NCBI GenBank assembly: GCA_035706725.1 | Contig: DASSUT010000254.1 | Span: 1-43,358, forward strand | Source: Gaiella sp. | Lineage (GTDB): Bacteria; Actinomycetota; Thermoleophilia; Gaiellales; Gaiellaceae | Direction of reading: 5' to 3' | DNA length: 43,358 nucleotides | In this document: positions 36,040 to 43,358 of the stretch, one piece after another | How the letters are laid out: each line of letters begins with the position of its first letter | Position numbering within the stretch: position 1 is the stretch's first letter | Notes under the pieces: generated by a model | What the model saw: only the letters and a program-made list of their open reading frames with translations | Told to the model about the DNA's origin: nothing | The model's database searches: none | Made by a program: the position numbers and the translations under genes

Positions 36040-37644
36040 TCAGCGGCCGAGCGCCGTCGCGAGCGCGCGCTCCAGCGCGTCGGCGCCGTTCGCGCTCGGG
36101 CCCTCCGACCGCCACGCGACGAAGCCGTCGGGCCGGACGAGCACTGCGCCCTCCGCGCCGGTTCCGTAGACGCGCTCGAGCGCGCCGTGCTCGGCGACGA
36201 GGTCCGCCCCGGCGCGGAACGTCTCCACGGTGACGCCGACCGTCTCGCCCGCGCGGCGTCCGGCGTCGCACCAGTCGCCGCCGCCGGGGCCGGCGAGCAC
36301 GGTGAAGGCCTGCCCGAAGAGGTCGAGCGTCGAGCGTTCCACGCCGTCGACCCTGACCGGCACGTGCGGCGCCCTGAAGCCGGGTCTGCCGGAGGGAGTT
36401 CGCGGGTTCTCCCACGTGTCGTCGTCGTCCACGCCGGTGACGGCGGGAGAGCGATAGCGGTAGCCGAGCTCGACCGCCGCCTCGTCAACGACCGGCTGGA
36501 GGTCGTCGGTGCCGAGCGACGGATCGAGGCGCAGGACGTACCGTGTGTACGCCTGCTCGGTCGTGAACGCGCCGACCGGCTGTCGCTCGGTGTCGTACGT
36601 CGCGAGCAGGCTCTCGTCCGCGCGCCCGTCGAGCACGTACGCGAGCTTCCAGGCGAGGTCGTACGCGTCCTGGATGCCGCAGTTGCCGCCGAAGCCGCCG
36701 GTGGGCGGCATCACGTGCACCGCGTCGCCCGCGAGGAACACCCGGCCGTCCCGCAGGCGCTCGGCGTACTCGGCGGAGGCCGCCCAGCGCTGCACGTCCT
36801 CGATCTCGACCGCGATGTCGGGATCGCCGAGCGCCTCGCGCACGTAGCGGACGCACGTCGCCTCGCTCATGTCCTCGCCGATCCGGACAGACTTGCGTCC
36901 CTCCGCGTCGACGGTGGAGTTCACCACGAGGAACCCCGCCTGGAGGTCGATCGAGAAGCGGAAGAAGCCTTGGACGGTCGGGCCGAACACGTACACGACG
37001 CTCAGGTTCCGGTCGCCCATGAGCGCCCCGCAGTCGGCCTTGAAGTAGATCGTGATGCTGTCGGAGAAGCTGCCGTGGCCGAGCCGCTGGATCCCGAGCC
37101 GGTCGACGGTCGGGCTGTGCGCGCCGTCGGCCGCGACGAGGTACTGCGCCTCGAGCGTTTCCTCGGCCCCGCCGTCCCGCTGGCGGACGACCACGCGCAC
37201 GCCGTCTTCGTCCTGGTCGAACGAGACAACTTCCGACGCGTACCGGACGCTCGCCCCGAGCTCTTCCGCGGCACGCAGGAGGACCGGCTCGAGGCCGATC
37301 TGCGTGACGAAGATCCGCGGGACCGGGCTGATGTTCTCGACGCCCTCGTTGATGAAGCGGAAGTACCAGTCGAGCTCCTTGCCGCCGAGGCTCTCGACGG
37401 AGACGATCGCGCCGTTCTGGACGAACTCGCGCGCGGCGGCCTCCTCGATCTCCGGCTGGAGCCCGACCGCCCGGTACGTCTCGATCGCGCGCTGGTTCAC
37501 GAGCGCTGCACGCGGATGGATCGCGGTGCCGCGATGCCTCTCGAGCACGACGGAGGGCACGCCGTGATGCCCGAGGAAGACCGCGGTCGAGAGACCGACG
37601 AGGCTGCCGCCCGCGATCAGGACCGGTGCGTTCTCTCCAGCCGT
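36040..37644 (-). CDS. FAD-dependent aromatic-ring monooxygenase (PheA/TfdB/RdmE-like); probable ACG start
   Basis: IAGGSLVGL, LVAADGAHS, FLAGDAVHVMPPTGGFGGN, LAWKLA, RPGFRAPH and LVRPDGFVAWR. SD GGAGGAGG lies 7 nt before ACG 37644. Confidence 0.9.
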   Translation of the reverse strand, partial: TAGENAPVLIAGGSLVGLSTAVFLGHHGVPSVVLERHRGTAIHPRAALVNQRAIETYRAVGLQPEIEEAAAREFVQNGAIVSVESLGGKELDWYFRFINEGVENISPVPRIFVTQIGLEPVLLRAAEELGASVRYASEVVSFDQDEDGVRVVVRQRDGGAEETLEAQYLVAADGAHSPTVDRLGIQRLGHGSFSDSITIYFKADCGALMGDRNLSVVYVFGPTVQGFFRFSIDLQAGFLVVNSTVDAEGRKSVRIGEDMSEATCVRYVREALGDPDIAVEIEDVQRWAASAEYAERLRDGRVFLAGDAVHVMPPTGGFGGNCGIQDAYDLAWKLAYVLDGRADESLLATYDTERQPVGAFTTEQAYTRYVLRLDPSLGTDDLQPVVDEAAVELGYRYRSPAVTGVDDDDTWENPRTPSGRPGFRAPHVPVRVDGVERSTLDLFGQAFTVLAGPGGGDWCDAGRRAGETVGVTVETFRAGADLVAEHGALERVYGTGAEGAVLVRPDGFVAWRSEGPSANGADALERALATALGR

Positions 37645-37725
37645 GTCGGTGCCTCCTCCCGTGAACCTGCAGACGGGGCGTGGAATGCGGCGAAGTCTTA
37701 CCAGGTTCGCCGTCGCGTGCGCAGG

Positions 37726-37737
37726 ATTGTTGACGAT
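37726..37737. promoter_or_regulatory. Putative GntR operator 1, overlapping the -35 of gntR
   Basis: Imperfect palindrome ATTGTTGACGAT; TTGACG-N18-CAGGAT is followed 6 nt later by ATG 37766. Confidence 0.6.
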
Positions 37738-37765
37738 CTTCGCAACGTTCCGGCAGGATGCGCCC

Positions 37766-38434
37766 ATGAGCGTGCCGACGAGCTCGAGCTACGACGCGCT
37801 CCGCGCGGCTATTGTGAGCGGGGAGATCGCACCCGACGCCCGTCTCGTCGAGGTGGAGGTCAGCGCCGCTTTCGGCATGTCGCGGGGTGCGGTCCGCACG
37901 GCGCTGATCCGGCTCGAGCAGGACGGCCTGGTGGTTCGCGAGCCGCATCGCGGCGCTCGTGTCCGCAAGGTGTCGAACGAGGAGGCCGTCGAGATCCTGC
38001 AGGCGCGGGCGGTGCTCGAAGGGCTTGCCGCACGCCAGGCAGCGGAGCGGATCGACGAGGCGGGAACGGCACGCCTGGCGGAGTGCCTCGGGCGGCAGCG
38101 CGAGCTGCTCGAGCGCGGCGACCTGCTCGGCGCCTCGGACGCGAACGCGGACCTGCACGCTGCGCTGCTCGAGCTCTCGGGGCACAGCACCGCGAAGCGG
38201 CTGATCCACGCACTGCACTCCCAGACCGTGCGCTACCAGTACCGCACGATCCTGATTCCCGGGCGCTCTGCGGCCTCGGTCGGGGAGCACGAGGCCATCG
38301 TCGAGGCGGTGAGCGGGCGTCGTCCGGACGATGCCGACGCGGCCATGCGCCGCCATCTCCTCAACGTCGCACAGTCCGTGCGGCGCAGCCTGATTCCGGG
38401 GGACATCGACAGGGCGAGCCGCGGCGCCCTGTGA
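37766..38434 (+). CDS. GntR family (FadR/FCD) transcriptional regulator
   Basis: wHTH YDALRAAIVSGEIAPDARLVE..FGMSRGAVRTAL; FCD motifs RAVLEG, NADLH, EHEAI and MRRHL. Confidence 0.93.
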   Translation: MSVPTSSSYDALRAAIVSGEIAPDARLVEVEVSAAFGMSRGAVRTALIRLEQDGLVVREPHRGARVRKVSNEEAVEILQARAVLEGLAARQAAERIDEAGTARLAECLGRQRELLERGDLLGASDANADLHAALLELSGHSTAKRLIHALHSQTVRYQYRTILIPGRSAASVGEHEAIVEAVSGRRPDDADAAMRRHLLNVAQSVRRSLIPGDIDRASRGAL

Positions 38435-38467
38435 CCGTCGAGGCGCCCAGCGCAACTTGCGGGAGAA

Positions 38468-38479
38468 ATTGTTGACAAC
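38468..38479. promoter_or_regulatory. Putative GntR operator 2, upstream of the ABC operon
   Basis: ATTGTTGACAAC, identical to the site at 37726 in 10 of 12 positions. Confidence 0.6.
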
Positions 38480-38598
38480 ATTGGTGCAGATCTGCTTGGC
38501 TCGTGCGTGCGCGGCTCAGGCCGGCCGTCCGATCCCGATCCCGGGCGCGCGCACCGTGTCAGCGACGACGAAGTCACGTGTCACGTGGAAGGAGAGTC

Positions 38599-39885
38599 AT
38601 GAATCGCTTTGGTCGTAGCGCCGTGCTCGCGGGTGCGGCGCTTGTCGCACTCGTGGCCGCGATCGCCGCCTCCGCCACGACGGCGAGGTCAGACCGCTCG
38701 ACCGCGCCGACGGCCGGCGCGGCAGTCACGAACTACGTCTCGTACGTCCACGGCAAGCGCGGGAAGGCCGACCCGAAGAAGTCGAAGGTGTACATCGGGT
38801 GGGTCAACCAGCAGGGCGGCCAGGTCGTGATCGGCGGGCTGGCGACCGCCGGCGCGCAGCTCGCCGTGCGGTACGTCAACGACGTCCTCGGCGGCGTGGG
38901 CGGCCATCCGGTCGCGCTCGTCCAGTGCTTCATCAAGTCGAGCGAAGAGGAAGGCACGACCTGCGGCCAGAAGCTCGTCAACGACAAGCGGATCTCCGTG
39001 ATCGCGACGGGCGCCGTCGCCACAGGGGCGCAGTCGCTGTTCGCGACCGTCCGCGGCAAGAAGCCGGTGATCACCGGCGTCGCCACCACCCCGATCGACG
39101 GAGCGCAGAAGAACGCGATCGTCCTCTTCGGCGACGCCCCGCACATCCTGCTCCCGTTCGGCAACTACGCGAAGAACGTGCTCCATGCGAAGACCGCCGC
39201 GGTCGTGTATCCGAACGCGCCGGGCGTCGCGGAGGCCGGCCAGGTGATAGCGAACGGGCTGAAGGCGGCGGGCATCGCGACCAAGCAGGTCGGCTACACC
39301 CAGGGGCAGACCGACCTGACCGCGCCGCTCACGGCGGCGGGAGCGACGACGGCGGACTTCATCGGCCCGTACGGGACGGCGTCCGACTGCGCGAACCAGG
39401 CGAAGTCGCTCCAGCAGCTCGGCATCACGGACTCGCGCAAGATCATGACCGCGCCGCTCTGCCTCAACCAGCAGGTGATCGACGCGCTCGGCGACTGGCC
39501 GAAGTGGACGTACGCGATCGCCTCGTCGCTCTACGGCGACAAGACCGACAAGGGCATGCCGGCCTACGACGCGGTGATCAAGCGCTACAAGGCGCAGAAG
39601 AACGCTCCGGATCCGTGGCACATCGTCGCGTTCTCCGAGCTCCTGACGACGGTCAGGTTCCTCAACGACGTGGGTGCGAAGAACGTCGCGCAGATCACCC
39701 CGGCACGGGTGCTGGCGCGGGCGAGGGCGTTCAAGGGCCCGCTCGCGCTCGGGGCGCCGAAGCTCCAGTGCGGCAAGTACAAGGACGCGCCCGGTATCTG
39801 CAACGACATGTTCCAGGCGTTCACGTACGAGGGGCACTTCGTGTTCAAGCGGGCTTCCGGTTGGATCGGCCCACTGGGCGGCTGA
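38599..39885 (+). CDS. ABC transporter substrate-binding protein (LIV/periplasmic binding protein type 1)
   Basis: RBS GAAGGAG, signal peptide, AVRYVNDVLGGVGGHPVALVQC; first gene of a livHM-livG-livF type operon. Confidence 0.88.
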   Translation: MNRFGRSAVLAGAALVALVAAIAASATTARSDRSTAPTAGAAVTNYVSYVHGKRGKADPKKSKVYIGWVNQQGGQVVIGGLATAGAQLAVRYVNDVLGGVGGHPVALVQCFIKSSEEEGTTCGQKLVNDKRISVIATGAVATGAQSLFATVRGKKPVITGVATTPIDGAQKNAIVLFGDAPHILLPFGNYAKNVLHAKTAAVVYPNAPGVAEAGQVIANGLKAAGIATKQVGYTQGQTDLTAPLTAAGATTADFIGPYGTASDCANQAKSLQQLGITDSRKIMTAPLCLNQQVIDALGDWPKWTYAIASSLYGDKTDKGMPAYDAVIKRYKAQKNAPDPWHIVAFSELLTTVRFLNDVGAKNVAQITPARVLARARAFKGPLALGAPKLQCGKYKDAPGICNDMFQAFTYEGHFVFKRASGWIGPLGG

Positions 39886-39909
39886 CGGAGCAGGCCCGAG
39901 GCTTCCCCC

Positions 39910-39941
39910 CGACGGGGCCGGTCGACCGGCCGGCCCCGTCG
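39910..39941 (+). other. GC-rich stem-loop between the SBP and permease genes (likely mRNA-stabilising)
   Basis: 12-bp stem CGACGGGGCCGG / CCGGCCCCGTCG with no U-tract. Confidence 0.55.
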
Positions 39942-39958
39942 CGCGATACTCGCGACGC

Positions 39959-41920
39959 GTGAAAGAGATCCTCCTCTTCATCCTGCTCGGCCTCGGGACG
40001 GGGGCGACGATTGCCGCGATCGCGGTGGCGATCGTCGTCACGTACCGCGGCTCCGGCTACATCAACCTGGCCGCAGGCGCGATCGCGATGCTCGCCGGAT
40101 TCTCGTTCTGGGCGCTTCGCACCGGCGAGCTCGGGTTCACGGTCGGCACGCCCGTCGCCGTCCTGCTCACGTACGTCGTCGTCGTCCTCGTGACCGTCGC
40201 GATCGAGCTCGCGGTGTTCAAGCCGCTCCGAACGGCGGCGCCGCTCGCGAAGCTCGTCGCGTCGCTCGGCGTCCTGCTCACGCTCCAGGCGGCGATGCTG
40301 CTCGCCTTCGGCACGTCGCAGCACCCGCAGCCGACCATCATCCCGATCAGGGTCATCCGCCTGCTCGACGGCGCGGTCCCGCTTTCCGCCTTCGTGATGA
40401 GCGGGATGGTGGTGGCGCTCACGGCCGTTCTGTGGGCGCTCTATCGCTGGACACGCTTCGGGCTCGCCACCCGCGCGGCGTCGGAGAACGACGTCGCTGC
40501 GCGCCTCGCCGGCCTCTCACCGGACGAGCTGTCGATCACGAACTCGCTGCTCGCGAGCCTCTTGCTCGGGACCCTCGGGATCCTGGCCGGCTCCGTTGCG
40601 GCGCTCGACACGACGACGCTCCCGTTCCTCGTGGTGCCGGCGCTCGCGGCCGCACTCTTCGCCCGGCTCACCTCGTTCGCGATCGCCTGCGCGTGCGGCC
40701 TCGCCATCGGCGCGGCCGAGTCCCTGATCGAGTACGCCTCGACCAAGCCGTGGTTCCCCACGAGCCAGAGCGTGGCGTGGCCGGGGGTCAAGGAGCTGCT
40801 GGTGTTCGTGCTCATCGTGGCGGCGATGTTCCTGCGCGGCGCCTCGCTGCCGACGCGCGGCGAGCTCGTCGAGCAGCGGCTTCCCGACGTGCCGCGCCCG
40901 AGGCATGCGTACACGCTCGCGATCCCGTCGACGCTCCTGTGTGCGATCGCGCTCGTCGTGCTGCCGTTCGACTTCCGGCAGGCGCTCACGAACTCGCTGA
41001 TCGGTGTCGTGATGGCGCTCTCGCTCGTCGTCATCACGGGTTTCGTGGGGCAGATCTCGGTCGTGCAGCTCGCGCTCGCAGGCGTCGCCGGGTTCACGGT
41101 GTCGCATCTCGCCGTCGACGTCGGGATCGGCTTTCCGCTCGCGCCGCTCGCAGGGGTCGCCGCCGCGGTGCTGCTCGGGCTCGTGACGGCGGTATCGGCG
41201 CTGCGGGTGCGGGGCGTGGCGCTCGCGGTCGTGACGACCGCCGCGGCGGTCGCGGTGTTCAACTTCGGCTTCGTGAACCCCACCTGGGGCGGTGGCGCGA
41301 CGGGCTCGCCGGTGCCGGACCCGAAGCTCTTTGGCGTCAACCTCGGGCCCAATGCGTCGTTCCGCGGCCTCGACGGCAACCTCCCGAGCCCCGTGTTCGG
41401 GTGGGTCGCGCTCGCCTGCACCGTGCTGCTCTCGCTGCTGGTGATCTCCGTCCGGCGGGGCATCCTGGGCCAGCGCATGCTCGCCGTGCGCTCGAACGAG
41501 CGTGCCGCGGCGGGAGCGGCGATCGACGTGCGCAACGTCAAGCTGATCGCGTTCGGCATCAGCGCGCTGATCGCCGGGGTGGCCGGGGCGCTGTACGCCT
41601 ACAACTTCGGCTCCGTCAGCGCCGACCGCTTCAGCGTCCCGCTCGCGCTCAGCCTGATCGCATTCGCCTACGCGGGTGGGATCACGCTCGTCTCCGGCGC
41701 CGTCTTCGCCGGCCTCATCGCCGCGCAGGGGCTCCTGCCGTACGCGCTCGACAAGTGGTTCGGCCTCTCCGGGAACTGGTTCCTGCTCTTCGGCGGCGTC
41801 GTGCTCATCTTCACGCTGATCCAGAATCCCGAAGGCGTGGCGGGCTCCTTCTATCGGACGGCGCAGGCACGTGCGCGCCGAGAGCCGGAGCCGCCCCAGT
41901 CGGCGCCCGTGAGCTCGTGA
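39959..41920 (+). CDS. Fused branched-chain amino acid-type ABC permease (LivH-LivM fusion)
   Basis: [13 protein letters not shown] and [13 protein letters not shown] (LivH half); [21 protein letters not shown] and NPEG (LivM half). Confidence 0.9.
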   Translation: MKEILLFILLGLGTGATIAAIAVAIVVTYRGSGYINLAAGAIAMLAGFSFWALRTGELGFTVGTPVAVLLTYVVVVLVTVAIELAVFKPLRTAAPLAKLVASLGVLLTLQAAMLLAFGTSQHPQPTIIPIRVIRLLDGAVPLSAFVMSGMVVALTAVLWALYRWTRFGLATRAASENDVAARLAGLSPDELSITNSLLASLLLGTLGILAGSVAALDTTTLPFLVVPALAAALFARLTSFAIACACGLAIGAAESLIEYASTKPWFPTSQSVAWPGVKELLVFVLIVAAMFLRGASLPTRGELVEQRLPDVPRPRHAYTLAIPSTLLCAIALVVLPFDFRQALTNSLIGVVMALSLVVITGFVGQISVVQLALAGVAGFTVSHLAVDVGIGFPLAPLAGVAAAVLLGLVTAVSALRVRGVALAVVTTAAAVAVFNFGFVNPTWGGGATGSPVPDPKLFGVNLGPNASFRGLDGNLPSPVFGWVALACTVLLSLLVISVRRGILGQRMLAVRSNERAAAGAAIDVRNVKLIAFGISALIAGVAGALYAYNFGSVSADRFSVPLALSLIAFAYAGGITLVSGAVFAGLIAAQGLLPYALDKWFGLSGNWFLLFGGVVLIFTLIQNPEGVAGSFYRTAQARARREPEPPQSAPVSS

Positions 41921-42705
41921 CCACCGTCCTGCAGACGACCGGCCTCTCCGTTCGCTTCGGGGGCGTGCGTGCCGTGGACGAGGTCGACGTCGCGGTCGCC
42001 GAAGGCCAGCTCGTCGGGCTGATCGGGCCGAACGGGGCGGGCAAGACGACATTCATAGATGCGGTCACGGGTTTCGTGCGGTACACGGGCCGTGCGGAGC
42101 TGGACGGACACGACCTCGGGGGGATGCCACCGCACGCACGCGCCCGCCGCGGTCTCGCCCGCACGTGGCAGAGCACCGAGCTGTTCGACGACCTCTCGGT
42201 GCGCGAGAACCTCATGGTTGCCGCCGAGCGGCCCTCCTGGCTCGCGCTCGCGGCGGAGCTCGTGGGTCGCCCCGCGGGCGACGCCGCCGCGACCGACGCG
42301 GCGCTCGAGCTCCTCGGGATCGGTGCGCTCGTGGAGGCGATGCCGAGCGAGCTGACCCAGGGCCAGCGGAAGCTCGTCGGCGTGGCGCGCGCGATCGCCA
42401 TGCGCCCACGCCTCCTCTGCCTCGACGAGCCTGCCGCCGGCCTCGACACGCACGAGAGCGAGGAGCTCGGGCGCCGCCTCCGGCAGATTGCGGACGGAGG
42501 CACGGCGACGCTCCTGATCGACCACGACATGGGCCTGGTGCTGACCATCTGCGACCTGATCGTTGTGCTCGAGTTCGGGAAGGTGATCGCGGCCGGGACG
42601 CCGGACGAGGTGCGCCGCGACCCACTCGTCGTCAAGGCGTACCTCGGCGGCGGCGTCGCCTCCGCGGCCGTCGACGAGCGCGACCAGCGCGGGGTGTCGA
42701 CGTGA
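41917..42705 (+). CDS. ABC ATP-binding protein (LivG-like)
   Basis: [29 protein letters not shown] and AYLG. Confidence 0.93.
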   Translation: MTTVLQTTGLSVRFGGVRAVDEVDVAVAEGQLVGLIGPNGAGKTTFIDAVTGFVRYTGRAELDGHDLGGMPPHARARRGLARTWQSTELFDDLSVRENLMVAAERPSWLALAAELVGRPAGDAAATDAALELLGIGALVEAMPSELTQGQRKLVGVARAIAMRPRLLCLDEPAAGLDTHESEELGRRLRQIADGGTATLLIDHDMGLVLTICDLIVVLEFGKVIAAGTPDEVRRDPLVVKAYLGGGVASAAVDERDQRGVST

Positions 42706-43358
42706 GCAGCTCCGTGCTCGCGCTCGAGGCGCTGACCGTCGGCTACGACGGCGCTCCGGTCGTCCGCGACCTGGACCTCGAGGTCGGTCCGGGCGAGATC
42801 GTCGCCTTGCTCGGTGCGAACGGAGCCGGGAAGACGACCACGCTGCGCGCGGTGTCGGGGCTCGTCCATCCGCTCGAGGGAGTCGTCCGCTTCGGCGGGC
42901 GCGACCTGCGCAAGGTGGCCCCCAGCGCCCGCGCGCGCCTCGGCATCGCACACGTCCCGGACTCCCGCGGCCTCTTCTTCGGATTGACGGTCGCCGAGCA
43001 CTTGCGGCTCGGCTACCGCCGCGAGCGGCTCGACGCGTCGGTCGCGTACCGGTACTTCCCCGCGCTCGAGCCTCTCCGAGACCGACGCTGCGGGCTCCTG
43101 TCGGGCGGGGAGCAGCAGATGCTCGCGGTCGGCAGGGCGCTCGCGCGCCGCCCCACGCTCCTCCTCCTGGACGAGCTGAGCCTCGGCCTCGCGCCGGTGA
43201 TCGTCGAGAGCCTGCTCCCCGTCGTCCGTGCGTACGCCGAGGAGAGCGGCTGCGGCGTGGTGCTCGTCGAGCAGCACATCGAGCTCGCGCTGACGATCGC
43301 CGATCGCGGCTACGTCCTCTCACACGGCGAGTTGGTGCTCGACGGTCCCGCGGAGCAG
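42702..43358 (+). CDS. ABC ATP-binding protein (LivF-like), 3' truncated by the window edge
   Basis: GTGA overlap; [28 protein letters not shown] and LVEQH. Confidence 0.92.
   Translation, partial: MSSSVLALEALTVGYDGAPVVRDLDLEVGPGEIVALLGANGAGKTTTLRAVSGLVHPLEGVVRFGGRDLRKVAPSARARLGIAHVPDSRGLFFGLTVAEHLRLGYRRERLDASVAYRYFPALEPLRDRRCGLLSGGEQQMLAVGRALARRPTLLLLDELSLGLAPVIVESLLPVVRAYAEESGCGVVLVEQHIELALTIADRGYVLSHGELVLDGPAEQ

Noticed and set aside
38572-38586. GTCACGTGTCACGTG short repeat in the SBP leader
   Set aside because: It is too short and isolated to support a regulatory call.
1-43358. Many long overlapping or antisense ORFs in the track (e.g. 541-1692+, 7445-9025-, 12895-15072-, 19380-21131-, 36187-38475+)
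   Set aside because: They are Arg/Pro/Ala-rich shadow frames of well-supported genes, expected at this GC content, and carry no family motifs.
1-43358. CRISPR array, rRNA, tRNA, integrase or transposase
   Set aside because: No regularly spaced repeat-spacer units, cloverleaf or rRNA signatures, or DDE/tyrosine recombinase motifs were seen.

Overview
Very GC-rich bacterial chromosomal window. Gene style and content fit a deep-branching actinobacterium such as Thermoleophilia/Gaiellales (inference). From left to right it holds: (1) an nfeD-SPFH operon and a PGRP-like amidase; (2) a FAS-II locus (fabZ-fabH-fabD-fabG-fabF ... accD-accA, no acpP) interrupted by a tandem GNAT gene and an atypical zinc-ribbon arginase-fold gene; (3) DNA-repair and stress genes (PE-LIG-POL LigD, DUF1998 helicase, thioredoxin, Ppm1, PolX-PHP, OtsB); (4) two half-size TSUP transporters and an M23 peptidase; (5) rmlACDB, a SpoIID protein and an S8 protease; (6) wbpA/B/D/I-like diacetamido-uronic acid genes; (7) a GntR-controlled FAD monooxygenase and LIV-type ABC transporter running off the right edge. 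No rRNA, tRNA, CRISPR array or transposase was seen. The most notable signals are the Cys/Trp-substituted Zn-ribbon ureohydrolase-fold protein paired with a GNAT, two MITE-like elements inserted at TA within stop codons, three probable non-canonical starts (ACG, CTG, CTG), widespread leaderless promoters, DnaA-box-like repeats before ligD, and a small secreted FHH-terminated peptide. All calls come from reading motifs by eye; no searches were run.
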